Part shown: piece after piece, positions 24,323 to 36,406 of the stretch
How positions within the stretch are numbered: the first letter of the stretch is position 1
How the letters are laid out: each line of letters starts with the position of its first letter
From: Atractiella rhizophila
Taxonomy: Eukaryota
Assembly: GCA_021432655.1 (NCBI GenBank)
Contig: MU271314.1
Location: 1 to 59,686 of the forward strand
Direction of reading: 5' to 3'
Length of the DNA stretch: 59,686 nt
Notes under the pieces: generated by a model
Seen by the model: only the letters and a program-made list of their open reading frames with translations
Told to the model about the DNA's origin: nothing
Databases searched by the model: none
Made by a program: the position numbers and the translations under genes

Positions 24323-26008
24323 TCACTCCTCTCCACCCTCCCGAATCCATGTCACATTGTGGTTCACCCCAAACTCCCTCATTGTCCTCCTAGCACTGCC
24401 GATCTCTTCGTCTTGCCACTCTCCAAAGAATAGAAGTACACTCAATGTACGTTGGCGAGTCAGTCCCTCCCCTTTATATCCCTCCTTTGGATCCCCTTCA
24501 TTGTGAATATCTCTATTCCCGAAAAACCAGTGGATGAAGTCCGGGAATATAAATCTCGGGAAACAGAACCAGTCCACCCCACAGTACCGAATATCTATGG
24601 CTTCTATCCCCTTTGCATTTCTGAGAGTGGGAAAGATTTGACGGGAGATGAGATTCGAGGTTTCCTCACCACCATCCAGTCTGACAGAGGTGAGGTGTTT
24701 CAGGTGCGATAAGTCGAGTGGAGTGGGTAGGATGGAGGTCATTCCATTAACATAGAAGGGAACAAGTGTGAGACTGAGTTCTTCTAGCAGAAACGGCAGA
24801 GGGGAGCTTGAAATGGACGGAGGAAGTGGACACATATGGGAGAGAGTCAATGCCTTGAGGGTGGATGGGAAGGAGAGGGACTGTAGAGGCGGGTACTCGC
24901 AAAGGTTTACGGATATCAAGCTGGGAGGTAATTGAAGGCCAGCTGATGCCGGAAGGGCACAGGTGGTGCTTGAGTCTGCTACTCCGTAGACAGAGAGTCT
25001 TCTGATCCTCGCCCTCGTTCTCCGCACAAAGCTCTCAACCTCCTCCTTCCGCCACTTTCTCCAACCACCACGTCCAAATACCACACCTTCCATCCTCGTC
25101 AAGTCTTCAATCGCATTCAACACGATCTTCGCATCTTCTTCATTCCAAAATGCTTGCAGCTGCACATATGTGACATTCGGCGCACCGGCGATAACCTCTT
25201 TCACCATCCCAACACTGATATGGTGATGGTGTAACTGCAGGTCACTCCACACACGTCCAGCATTAGGATACACTTTCAGACGGGCGTACTTCTCCTCCAC
25301 GGAATCAGGTTCACGCAAATAAAGGGCTCCAACTCGCTTCCAGAGCTGGCAAACCTTAGAGAGCCTGGAAGCTCGGTTGTCCTGGGATACGAAGCGGACA
25401 TTGCCCGCTGTGAGGAAATCGAATATGAGAGAAAGTAGCTCGACGGGCAGACGTGTGATGAAGCATGATGTATCCACTGGAGTTGGGGAGAGCGAGAGTT
25501 GAACAATGGTCGCAGCCTCCTGACTGAACGACAGGGATAACATGTCATTGATGGGGACAAAGCGCCGATCGACTCTGGAGGCAACTGCGATAAGGGCAAA
25601 GATTGTTTCAGAACGATTTTCTGGATGGAGACGAAACGTTTGATTAAATGTTGCCACTGATGGCAGAGGCTCGTTCACTCCAAAGGTTGTCGTGACCTTT
25701 CCCAGGTCGACAGCGAAGCAAAGATTCGCTACGCCGTTTTTCGCAGCATTTTCGAGATACGCAATCGAGAAATAGGACAATTTTGAGCGCACATGTGGAA
25801 GTTCGAACATGGATAACGACGGTACAATGACCGTGATCCTAAGGGTGTGAATTGATGGAGCAAGGCGGGATAAGAAAGAGGGAAGAATGGAGAGACGGAG
25901 CGAAGTCTCATATTCCCAGTCTGCTGGGGTGATGAGATTGACAAGGACTGTCGAGTTTGCTTCATGAGAATCCTGCCGTACGGGTTGCTGAATCATTCCA
26001 TATTCCAA
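24323..26008 (-). CDS. F-box-like/LRR family copy 3, intact 561-aa ORF
   Basis: Unknown N-domain, then ITRLPVELLSLIFDFL...LSKVCQLWKRV (F-box-like), then LxxLxL repeats (LKALTLSHM, LEELSLTL, LKHLTSVRLDG). A short 5' exon cannot be excluded. Confidence 0.8.
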   Translation of the reverse strand: MEYGMIQQPVRQDSHEANSTVLVNLITPADWEYETSLRLSILPSFLSRLAPSIHTLRITVIVPSLSMFELPHVRSKLSYFSIAYLENAAKNGVANLCFAVDLGKVTTTFGVNEPLPSVATFNQTFRLHPENRSETIFALIAVASRVDRRFVPINDMLSLSFSQEAATIVQLSLSPTPVDTSCFITRLPVELLSLIFDFLTAGNVRFVSQDNRASRLSKVCQLWKRVGALYLREPDSVEEKYARLKVYPNAGRVWSDLQLHHHHISVGMVKEVIAGAPNVTYVQLQAFWNEEDAKIVLNAIEDLTRMEGVVFGRGGWRKWRKEEVESFVRRTRARIRRLSVYGVADSSTTCALPASAGLQLPPSLISVNLCEYPPLQSLSFPSTLKALTLSHMCPLPPSISSSPLPFLLEELSLTLVPFYVNGMTSILPTPLDLSHLKHLTSVRLDGGEETSNLISRQIFPTLRNAKGIEAIDIRYCGVDWFCFPRFIFPDFIHWFFGNRDIHNEGDPKEGYKGEGLTRQRTLSVLLFFGEWQDEEIGSARRTMREFGVNHNVTWIREGGEE

Positions 26009-26274
26009 GTTCTTGACTACTTACAGTATCACCTTTACATTCAGTTAGATTGAAATTTAGAAATAGAAAATCCTACCTTTGTAATCAACTCCGAAACTTG
26101 TAGTATCGTATACCATGGCATAAAAACAAATCTTATAACAAGATACAGAAAAAGAAAACCACACAACGACAAATATTAACTGCCCCTCTACCGGGTTTTG
26201 ACTGCCGGCGACTGCCACGTGATATCCCGCACCGCTGCGAACACCAGCAGCTCTGAAGGACCCTGTGAAGGACC

Positions 26275-27930
26275 ATGTCTGCCTTTCGCCCTATAGCGCC
26301 TTCGACCTCACGAATATCGCAACTCGAGTCCTTGCTATACGACAAAGAAATCGAGGTCATCCTTAGAGAGCCAGTGTGGAATGCCCTCGCCTTGGTTAAA
26401 GTGCCTCTTCTTCCATTTTTCGTTTTCGCAGTTGCTTATTGGAACTATGGGCAGAATTCGTTCAAAACCAACTTTGAGCCAGAACTTACACTCCTCCTCC
26501 GTCTTGTCGTGTTATACACCGCTTTGTTCTCTAAGCAGAGAGGAACGTATGGTCAGCAACTTGGCCATTTGCGTTATGTGAACGCGGCTTCCATGTCTTC
26601 TCATGCATCCTCTATCCGTGCGTCCCTTCTCTCTTTTGTCCCGAAAAACATCGTGACAACCAACATGAATGCCTATGTGAACAGTTGACGCCACCCCGTC
26701 GCGTTCCAAGCTCCACTCGCTGGTCCTCCTTTCCACTCTACCCTCCTACCTCTACACCCGTCTACAGTGGCACATGATCCGGCATTCATGGGGGGACGAG
26801 CCCTCCCCAATCCTCAAGATAACATACGACCGTTCCACTGGACGACTGCGGCTGACACGGAGGTGGCCGAGGGGAGGATGGAAGAGGATATTGTACGAAC
26901 TTAGTGGGAGGCTGGAAAAGGTGTGGCTGGTGGCTGAGTTTGTCAACTTTGCGGTCTTCTTGAAAGCTGGAAAGTGAGTCGCCTTTCTCGCCTTTTCTTC
27001 ACATTGCCATCAACTCATTCGTCGGCAATCAGGTATGCAAGTCTGATCGACAGACTACTCGGTTTGCGGCTGGCGTATGCTGTAAGGACGAAGGATCGAA
27101 ATATCAGTTTCGAGTTCCTGAATCGTCAGCTCATTTGGGAAGGACTCACGGTGCGGCCCTCTTTCATTTTCATGAAAAATGACCTACTGATACGTTGATG
27201 ATAGGAATTCCTCCTCTTCCTGATGCCGCTCATCTCCCTCCGTCAGCTCCTCCGCGCCGTTTCCCCTCTCCGCCTCCTCCACCAGTTCCTGCCATCCCTT
27301 TCCTCGAAAGGATCCAAAGACTCCGCAGAGACCGAAGACGCACCAAGGAGGGGGCCACTGCACCACCTCCCCATCAGTCTCTGCGCCATCTGTTTCTCCC
27401 GCTCCTCTTCCTCCCTCCCACCCGCCTCCTCCATCCCCTCCACCGGCGGTGTCGGCTCTGCCTTCCTCTCAGATCCTCTCGATCCCGCATCGTCCGTCAT
27501 CACCCTAGGATCTTTTGCAAGCATCACAGCTGGAGCCAGTTCGCGGGTTGGTGGAATGGAGGGAAAGGACGCGATGGAGGTCGTGACTGGAGGGGGAGAT
27601 GGGGAGTGGGACCTTAAGATCCCTTACATTGTCGATTGTTGTGGTGCTAAGTATTGTTATTGGTGTGTTGTGGAGGAGATGACGAGGGAGGAGGAGAGGG
27701 GTTTGACGGGTGGAAAGTGGAGGTGTCTTAGGTGTGGAGGTGGCGTGGGGAGCGTGAAGAGGTGGAACGGGTCCGTGGTTGCTGAAAAGGGTTCTGAAAA
27801 GGGTTCTGAAAAAGAGGATAAAGAGGAGAGTTGTTCTCCTTCGCAGCCTCAGGTTGATGAAGGAGATTCACTCTTCTCTGATGCTGATGCGGATATCACT
27901 CCGGAAACCGGAGTGGAAGAGAAAGAGTAG
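26275..27930 (+). CDS. PEX2: Peroxin PEX2 (Pex2/Pex12 N-domain + RING finger), multi-exon
   Basis: SRISQLESLLYDKE, FEPELTLLL, GTYGQQLGHLRY, EFVNFAVFLKAGK/YASLIDRLLGLRL, RNISFEFLNRQLIWEGLT/EFLLFLMPLI, RING CAIC...CCGAKYCYWC...WRCLRC. Confidence 0.92.
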
Positions 27931-27994
27931 GGTATGTAGATTATGAATGCATTATGCTGAGGCGAGCGATATCATAATTTTATTCTAAAACTCC

Positions 27995-30311
27995 TCAATC
28001 CGCAAGCTTCCATACCTCCTCGTCTGTATACCCAAGCTGCCCTAACCAACCTTCTGTCCTGCCCTGCGCCGCGACAGCTCCAAAATGCCAGCCAATATTT
28101 TGCGTCCTCCCCGCTGCCGCCTCAATCAACCTAACATATCATCCATCCGTAAGTATCAAGGTCCGGGCACAGTAAACAGAAAGAACCAGAGAGTGAAAGA
28201 AGGAAAGGTAAGGTAAGGTGGAAGGGAAGACGAACCCATCTGGACCGCACACAAATATCTTCCGTGGCTTCGACTTCACCCACTCCTCCCTCGTACCAAT
28301 TATCCGTCGCACGTCTTCAATCGTCATCCGACCCACGCTCACCGTTCCCTCTTCGTGCTTCCCTCGTCCTCCAACCCGTCCAACAGCCCCCTCCTCCTCC
28401 CCGCCATCGGGGAGTAACCACCACCCACGCCAGGAGCGCATGAAGCGGTCTGCGCCTGGAGTGTGGCGTATGAAGGTGAGAGGGAGAGGGATGATGATGA
28501 AGTTGTCAGTACTGAAGGTGTAGGTGTTGAGGGATCATCTTCGTCTACGAAATACCACACCTTGACGTGTCCTGGATACCTCTCTCTCAACTCGTCGATT
28601 TCCTTCTTCAGGAAGATCTGTTTCGGACTCCTCGCTCCGTACAGGAGGTGTAAGCGGGGCTTGGGCGGAATTTCTTGTCCTGGATACGGTGGTGGGTTCG
28701 GAGGAACGGGTTCTTCTCTGGAAGAAGAGGACGTGGGAGATGGAAAGTAGACGAAACGGTTTTGTTGCGAGTTGTATGGGTCTGGAGAGCGGGAAAAGAT
28801 GTGGGAGGCGAATTGGTGGAAGGTCGTTATTCCTGTTCCTCCGACAATCTGTCCACCAAGCAGCCGACAAATATTCAATATACAGCTTGAAGAGTAGGGG
28901 TAGTGGGAGAACGAACGAAGAAGTAGTCCTCGAAGTCGAGGTGTGCATCCTTCCACCTCCGCCCCCACAACTCAAACATTCCCTTCAACTCAATCTTATC
29001 ACCCGGGTTCAAGTTCCACAACCATCTCGACACCTCTCCGTCCTCATACCTCTTAACAAGGAGTTCTAGGACTGTATCATTCTTTCCCTCCGTAGTCAAC
29101 TGTGCCTTCTTGACGCCAAAAGTCTTGAGAGTCTCCACCGTCGTTTCCTCCAAAGGTCGAAAGGGATAGAAGAGGGGAGTATAAGGGCGTTCAATTTGTA
29201 GTTGAGGTTGTTTGACGAAGAGGGATACGATCCTTTCCTGCTCCTCCGGAATGAGATCATACTCTCTCTCAAACCACATCCTCTCTCCCATAGCTCCCCA
29301 CGGCATCCTCACTCCAATCCTAACCGTCCCCGCATCCTCATCCCTCTCCACCTTCTCCACCACAAAAGGGTGATAAGAATGGTTCTGCAACTTGGCTCCC
29401 TCTTGGAAATAAAACTTCCACGCTTGGAAACCGATCACGAAGAAAGCGCTGCCGAGGATGAATTGCCCGAAGAGCGAGAAGTTGCGCGATCGCTGTTTGG
29501 CGCGTTCTTGAGCGGTGGTGAGGATGGGAGAGAGCGGAGAGGGGGACTTGATTGATGGAAGGACGTGGGTGGAGGAGGCGGAGGAAGGGAGGATGGAGGT
29601 TCGTTCGGCTAGAGATTGTTTTTTTGATTGTTTGCTGTTGCCTTTGCCTTTTGAAGTGCCTTCGTTTTCTGGTTCAGGGTCGGGTTGCGGTTCTGGTGGT
29701 GTTGACGGTGTTGGAGGAGATGGAGCATCGTTAGAAGAGGTTTTCTTGTCTCCAGGTAGTACCATGCCCAACAATCCGTTCCAGAATCCCCTCTCTGCGT
29801 TCGGGGCGACGGGCTCTGGAGGGGTGAAGAGCCACTCCATCGCCTTCTCCATTTTTCCCTCCTCATCTTCCTTCCGCCCCGGTTGTTGTTCATCGACCAC
29901 AGTTTGAGAAGGTAAAGAAAGTTCCTCCTTCCGATCCTTCAAAGCAAAACCATCCGCCTCCTTCCTCTTCGACTCCTTCGCAATCCCAAGCAACCCGCCT
30001 AACCTCTTCTCCGGCTCCTTTCCACCCTCTCCATCAACAACCTGTTTCTGTTGTAACTGTCGCTTCGCCTGCTTCTTCAAGATGGAACTCCGCATCAAAT
30101 CCCCTCCATAAATCTCCTCTGCCTCTTCGTCAGCCCACGCTTTCCGTTTTCGCTCTTCTTCCTCTCGCTTCGATTGTTGCTGCTTTCGCCGTGCATCTCG
30201 TTTGGAGGAGGCATACCGCACTGGGTGTAGGTGGACGCGGTGGTGCTGGTGGAGGGGGAGACTGAGGAAGGAGCGGGGACAGCGAGAGGGTGTGAGACGG
30301 AGGAGGAGCAT
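27995..30311 (-). CDS. FAD/NAD(P)-binding oxidoreductase, cytochrome b5 reductase-like (CYC2 type), probably mitochondrial
   Basis: Arg/Leu/Ser-rich presequence, a TM segment, KQPQLQIERPYTPL, LLVKRYEDGEVSRWL, IVGGTGITTFHQ, IFVCGPDG, terminal GWLGQLGYTDEEVWKLAD*. One unexplained frame change at ~28340-28530. Confidence 0.8.
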
Positions 30312-30540
30312 ATCGATTTGGGTTTGAAGTTTTGAGTTGAGGGTGGCTGGTCAACGTGAGCGTGAGAGGGGCATTATACTGTGCTGTATCACGTTATAGA
30401 GCTGGCTTTTACGCCAGAGCGAGTCTTTGAACAGCAGGAGAGTGGCAGGAAAAATTGGCGCGGGACGTGGACTCGGATCCGATGTTGCTTCAAGCCAAAG
30501 ATGATAAGATGCAAAGGCGAAGATATAGTTAGTGGTTGCA

Positions 30541-32393
30541 ATGAGAATGGGAGAAGACACTCCGTTCAGGAAGGAAGAGCGAAAATGGAAATCCAAGCAT
30601 CCACAGCCCAATTGGGCGGACGCTTTCCAGCCTCTCGATGACATAGCCCAATACGAGAACAGAGAAGTGGATTTCAAGGGTATCAAGGGGAGGGTAAGCG
30701 AGGTGGAGATTGATCTTGGGGATGTTGCTTTGGGGCAAGCGGGAGAGGAAAGCGTTAAGGGAACAGCATGGACCTTTGACCAATTTCCAGGTGGGTGTTA
30801 TTGCTACTTATCACTTTTCTTTGTCCTTTGATGCATATCAAGATTTCATATAAACTCGTGCGATACTCATGCTAACCAGAATACCATCTACAGCTTCGCT
30901 TATTTAAACCCTTGTTGAAATATTCATTTTCGTCTCTTCCATGCAAAATCTCTTCGTTTAAAAGGTCTCTATTTTTTATGAAAAGGACGAAGGGAAGAGT
31001 GGAGTCGGAGATGCTTTGGTATGCAAATGCATAGCAGAAATCTTGCGGTGCACTTGTATCCGTAAAATCAAGGTCTTAAGCCTCAAGGAGGGGGGTTTTC
31101 TCATGATTTCCTCAGATGATAGCATCCTTCTTCCTCACAGTTTAGTTTTGCTTAGAAATCAAACGGGAGGGTTGTATCCGTACACTTTAAACATAAATTG
31201 CTCTTATGCCTTTATCCCGTGACATCATTGCCCATAATCAAGAGCTACTGATTGACCACATTTGTAACGATGCGTTGAGTGCTTTAATCATGAGACTTTC
31301 TCAAGCTCCAACACAGGTCTAATATACCTACCGTCTCTCCTTCCTCCTAAACTACAACGGTCCCTCCTCCACCTCTCCCTCTCCCTCGCTAATCCCTCAC
31401 ACACCACCTCCCTCTCCGCCCAACACCACCTTCCGTCCGCCGGGTTATTCTCCTCCTCCCTCCCTCCGACCAGCACGCTCGAACCAGTGAGAGGGGGCAA
31501 AGGGAGGGTGGAGCGAGTCAAGGGACCGCGAGTGCGAGTAGACCGGGAGCCTGCTACTGTCTCCAGCCGCGTCGGAGAGGTTGTGGATGAAGGCGTATCT
31601 GTCACCCCTCAGTGGACGAAAGAGGAAGAGGAGGAAGAGACAGCGAAGCCGATGAATGTAGAAGAGGCGAGAATGAAGATTAGGTGGTCCCTTCTCGGAC
31701 ACGCTTATGATGTTCGTTACCTTCTTCCCTATCTATCTCTTATGGACAGAAGCTGAAGGAGGAGACACTATTAGTGGAATACAAAGTCCTATCCACCGAA
31801 CGAGGAACCTCTGCCGTTCCCGGCGGAAATGAAAGACCTATCCCGTCGAATCGTCGACGCGCTCATCCCATCCTCTTCTTACTCTCCAGACACCGGCATA
31901 GTGAATTACTACGGCGTCAGTCTCCACGCCTATCATCTATGTCCTCCATTTCAGCAAACAGACGAGCTGATGTCCCGGTGCATAGCTCACACATTCTCTG
32001 ACGGCGCATGTGGACCAGTCTGAACCGTCAGGTACAAGTCATCCCCTACTCTCTATCTCCTTAGGCCACGCTTGCATCTTCCTCTTCGGAAAGGAAACGA
32101 GGGACGTCATGCCTTTACCTATCTTGTTGAGGAGTGGAGACGTGGTGATCATGCACGGTGAAGGCCGTAGAGCATTTCACGGTACGTCTTGTCACATTTC
32201 CTCTCTTTTTTGTTTCCTCCCTTTTTCTGTCATGATTCTGTGGAGAAAGCTTTTGGTGATTGTGAGATTAGGTGTGCCGAGGATCATAGCTGATACTCCA
32301 CCTTCATGGATTAATGATGTGGAAGACGAAGTGGCGATGAATTGGGTGAAGAGCGGAGGAAGGATAAATATCAACGTTCGACAGATGTTTTAG
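30541..32393 (+). CDS. AlkB-family 2OG-Fe(II) dioxygenase, ALKBH1/Abh1-like, multi-exon
   Basis: FP/GLIYLP, KIRWSLLGHAYD/WNTKSY, PDTGIVNYY, AHVDQSE (HxD), PLLSISLGHACIFL, LRSGDVVIM...RRAFHG/VPRI, RININVRQMF*. Confidence 0.9.
30900..31263 (+). ncRNA. Candidate intronic structured RNA with H/ACA-like 3' end
   Basis: Lies in a 526-nt intron (30791-31316). Several hairpins, ANANNA box ACATAA (31191-31196), 3' hairpin GCTCTT..AAGAGC, and ACATTT at 31258-31263. The 5' boundary is a guess. Confidence 0.35.
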
Positions 32394-33274
32394 CTGTACC
32401 TTGTCGAGACCTGGCGTTTGTGTATTATAACGAGGCAGACGTGATTGTAGTTGAACAATGTCCTCCTTGGTCTCATTTTTCTGAATATTTCCTGAGACTC
32501 ATTTTTTATACGTTTGAGCAGGCTGATATGGAAGAGTGCCGTAGGGAGACTTGATTACTAGAGTTTTTCACAATACCCAAACTCAGAGGGAACAGGAAAT
32601 AGAATAGAGACACTCCTCAGGGTCATCATTCTGTTACAGTCTGAGTCGCAGCATCTCAGGCAACGAGTCTCATTGAGTGCTCCATTCAGAGTCGAACTGT
32701 CATTCCCAATTCTAAATCCGCTATCACTCAACCTCAGTGATTAGAGGAAAGGAACACGACAGACGAATAAGCGCGAGCAACTTTGCGAACGACGACCTAA
32801 GGAAACTAGCGCAAGAAACCGAGTAGTGTCATCGCTAGAGATTACTATGGGAAACGGTCAGCCCAGTGAGCATCTTGGACTCCTAACCACTATAACCATT
32901 TGCGAACCTGTACGCCTTGTCAGCAGCAAAATCGACACCAATTTTCAATGCATTAATGACGTCGTCACCCACACCAGTGTTCCTCGGGTTCAAGGCTGAA
33001 AAATTTCACCCTACTACTAACAGGCCACATTCGCACACAGCACTCGAAGTCATAGCCGACTCTGAGCTGTTCACCGCCAACTTTTGAGCATCGGGATCTC
33101 TTACGGCGCAACACTAGCAGAGAGATAGGGAGGCAATTTGACCTGTGTAATTTCTTCAGTTTCGTTGAGAGCAAAGGAAGCTTGAGCGACGAAAACGGAT
33201 GACATCCATTCAAAACGGCTGGTTCAGGATTATAGGGACACAGGAACAACCAGGGAACATCGAATCAAACAACA

Positions 33275-34002
33275 ATGACAACAATCCATTACACTCCTCC
33301 GGACCTTTTGACTCTCTACATCACCCATCCGCTCTCGAATACCATAATCTCTGCGCTAGTTCGAGATTTCTCTCTTAGTACTCACGAAGGATACGACCCC
33401 ATGGTCTGCCTTGTCATCTCCCCTAGAAAGGACGTCCTGGGTCTCACCGCTGAGGAGTTGATGCGGAAATTGGAGGCGGAACACCAGGACAAGACAGAGG
33501 AAGAGTATGAAGAAAGCGGAAAGAAGGGAAAGAGGATCCTCTCTTATCCTTTCGCGATAGCAGATTGGGATACTACTGAGAGGGGAGAGGTCGTCTAGTC
33601 AACGGATGGCTGAAGAAAGATGATTCTGAGGAGCTTGAACTTCGCCATTGGTAATATATCCCTACAGGAAGACTGGTCCTATCCGTACGATCCACTTGCT
33701 CGTTTACCACAGCCTGAGTGGCGGACGGACTGGAGGCTCAAGCCACCGCCAGCTGCTTATCTCACTGTTGCGCCGGTGATTACGAAGAGAGCACAGACGA
33801 CGACACGAAGAGTGGCATGATGGCGCAACAAGGAAAGGTTTATAAATCGGAGAAGGAGATCGCAGACAACCTCAACTTGGTTGCAGATTGGGGAACGGGT
33901 TGGGAAACCATTAAGGAGGTGGCGGAGAGCCAAGGAGTGGAGTGGAGAGAGGGAATGATTGAAATGACCCAGAGTTGGAAATGGGAAAAACCTAAAGTGT
34001 AG
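33275..34002 (+). pseudogene. Pseudogene paralog of the 34866-35732 gene
   Basis: Relative to the intact copy: 1-nt deletion creating TAG at 33596-33598, a deletion spanning the intron region near 33638, and another 1-nt deletion near 33773. Confidence 0.88.
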
Positions 34003-34007
34003 TGGCC

Positions 34008-34155
34008 GTGGAAGACTAAGTGAAGAGGAGTTGGGTCAAGGGTAGAGGAAGGATGAATACCAATGTCAGACAGGTGTTTAGCTGTCCTTTCTCGTCGAGT
34101 GTGTGTGATAATAAGACAGCTTTTGCTTGTAAATTCTAATATTTGAACAATGTAG
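34008..34155 (+). repeat. Diverged copy of the ALKBH1-like gene 3' end and 3' flank
   Basis: GTGGAAGACTAAGTG..GGAAGGATGAATACCAATGTCAGACAGGTGTTTAGCTGT aligns with 32319-32400 GTGGAAGACGAAGTG..GGAAGGATAAATATCAACGTTCGACAGATGTTTTAGCTGT. Confidence 0.8.
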
Positions 34156-34865
34156 TAACCATGATGACTTGATGATATGGAACGGAAGACTATTCAAATA
34201 GGTGAGGGTTCAAGGTTTTATGGCTGGGATCCTCCAGGCTTAAAATGGCCAGCCCGACAGAGCCATGAAACAGAATAGAGAAAGGTTCAAGTGGCTAAAG
34301 GTTGCAGCATTAAGCTTTTCGACGAGTCCTCTGACCGCCCTGCCCATCCATCAGCGGCATTAGCTGCTTATCCTGAGATAACCGGCGGACAGCGTCAAGA
34401 CGTCAAAGTGGACTGTTCTGCCTCATCGCCGGATATTGATGGTTATGGGGGCAAAAATGAAACGGTTTTGAGCACATTCGCAGCGTTCTGACCATACCGA
34501 GCTAAGAGCTAACACTATGTGAAGTAAGTTGAAGGAGGAAGCAGCTGAAGATGACTGTGATTTACGGATCCATGGATGTATATAACTTATCAACACCGAT
34601 TTTCAACGCATTAATGATGGGATAATATGGAGACTCGGCGGCACCTCCAACTGTTCCTCGGGTTCCATAATTTCACGCTAACAGCTAACAGGTCATCTCC
34701 GCACCTGTCCTCGAAGTCATACCCAAGGCTGTTGACTATATAACACCAACTTGAGAACATAGGGATGGCAGTTGTCCGTCTGCAACGCTGAAAGGGTACG
34801 ACAAAGTGAAATAAAGGTCATTCCAACGGCTGACATCAAATTTGTTGGAGAACAGGAAGACAAAG

Positions 34866-35732
34866 ATGACCACGATCCATCATACTCCTCCAGACCTTTT
34901 GACTCTCTACATCACCCATCCGCTTTCAGCCTCCATAATCTCAGCGCTGGTTCGAGATTTCTCTCTCGGCACTCATGAGGGATACGGTCCCATGGTCCGC
35001 CTTGTCGTCTCCCCTAGAAAGGACGTCCTGGGTCTCACCGCTGAGGAGTTGATGCGGAAATTGGAGGCGGAACACCCGGACAAGACAGAGGAAGAGTATG
35101 AAGAAGGCGGAAAGAAGGGAAAGAGGATTCTCTCTTATCCTTTCGTGATAGCAGATTGGGACACTACTGAGAGGGGAGAAGTCATCTACGTCAACGGGTG
35201 GCTAAAAAAAGATGATTTCGAGGAGCCTGAGGAGATGTTTGTTCCTGGCGATTGGGAGTTTCCCATATTGGAGAAAGCACGATATTTCATACAAGAGTGA
35301 GTTTATGTTTCCATTCGTGGTTGCGGCCTTTTTAACGTTGCATTCAGGGTACCAATCAACTATGTCAACTTCGACATCGGGAACATGTCCCTGCAGGAAG
35401 ACTGGCCCTACCCTTACGACCCACTTGCTCATCTGCCGCAGCCTGAGTGGCGGACCGACTGGAGACTTGAGCCACCAGAAGTTGCCTATCTCACTGTTGC
35501 CCCAGGTGATTACGATGAGAGTACAGATGACGGCGCGACGAGTGGCCTTATGCCAAAGCCGGAAAAAGTTTACAGGTTGAAGAAAGAGATCGCGGACAAA
35601 CTCAACTTGGTTTCAGATTGGCGAACGGGTTGGGAAACCAGTAAGGAGGTGGCGGAGAGGCAAGGGGTGGAGTGGAGAGAAGGCATGATTGAGATCAGCC
35701 AGAGCTGGAAATGGGAACAACCAGAAGTTTGA
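34866..35732 (+). CDS. Hypothetical acidic protein, 2 exons
   Basis: Intron 35297-35347 (GTGAGT..TTCAG) joins ..ARYFIQE/VPINYVNFDIGNMSLQEDWPYPYDP.. in frame. A tandem paralog with mostly synonymous changes supports coding status. Confidence 0.85.
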
Positions 35733-36406
35733 TCTTCGATGTTGGCACTCCATGACCCTGCAAGTCATTCATGCAACCGAGATATGTGTGCATTTTGCTA
35801 AGGGAACAATACTCAGAGATGAATTGCATACACCGGATGTGCCCATAAGCAAACTGGTCAAGTCGCTAAGTATCTAGTTATGACTCGGAGTCAAGGCAGG
35901 CCTTCATGGTTCAAGAGGTTCAACAACGGCCAGTTAGATTTAAGTCGCGCCTAGTATCGATCCAGATTACTCAGAAATCGCCTCTCAGGCCCTAACACTG
36001 GAAAGATTGTCCAGCTACTGGCAGCGCTTTGGTACATTGTGGCAGCAAAAAAAAAGGTGGACAAGCTATATATATCACAGTAACAACTCGATAATCTCAG
36101 CGCTCCTTTTGCGCGCGTGATTTTCAGTCGAATCGATCCTCTCTCTCGCTGTACGCGTTCACAACACTACCTGTAGTTATTGAATTTTGACTTAGAAACC
36201 TGAGCGAGCATTGTGAGGACGGTGCCGTCTGGACACATTCTCATTGTCACGTCAGCTTCATACTTCTGTTCTGCATCTTTGCGATTAGGCCGCTATTCAG
36301 TAGTAGTCGTGATGGACCAGATGCGGTAGGAAATGACAATGCAACGCACTGGGCATATCAATCGGCGTCAACTTCTTCAGCTCAGCCTCCATCATCAGAT
36401 ACACGT

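Noticed and set aside
27782..27814. 12-bp tandem repeat in PEX2 (EKGS units)
   Set aside because: An in-frame low-complexity repeat in the disordered tail, which is ordinary.
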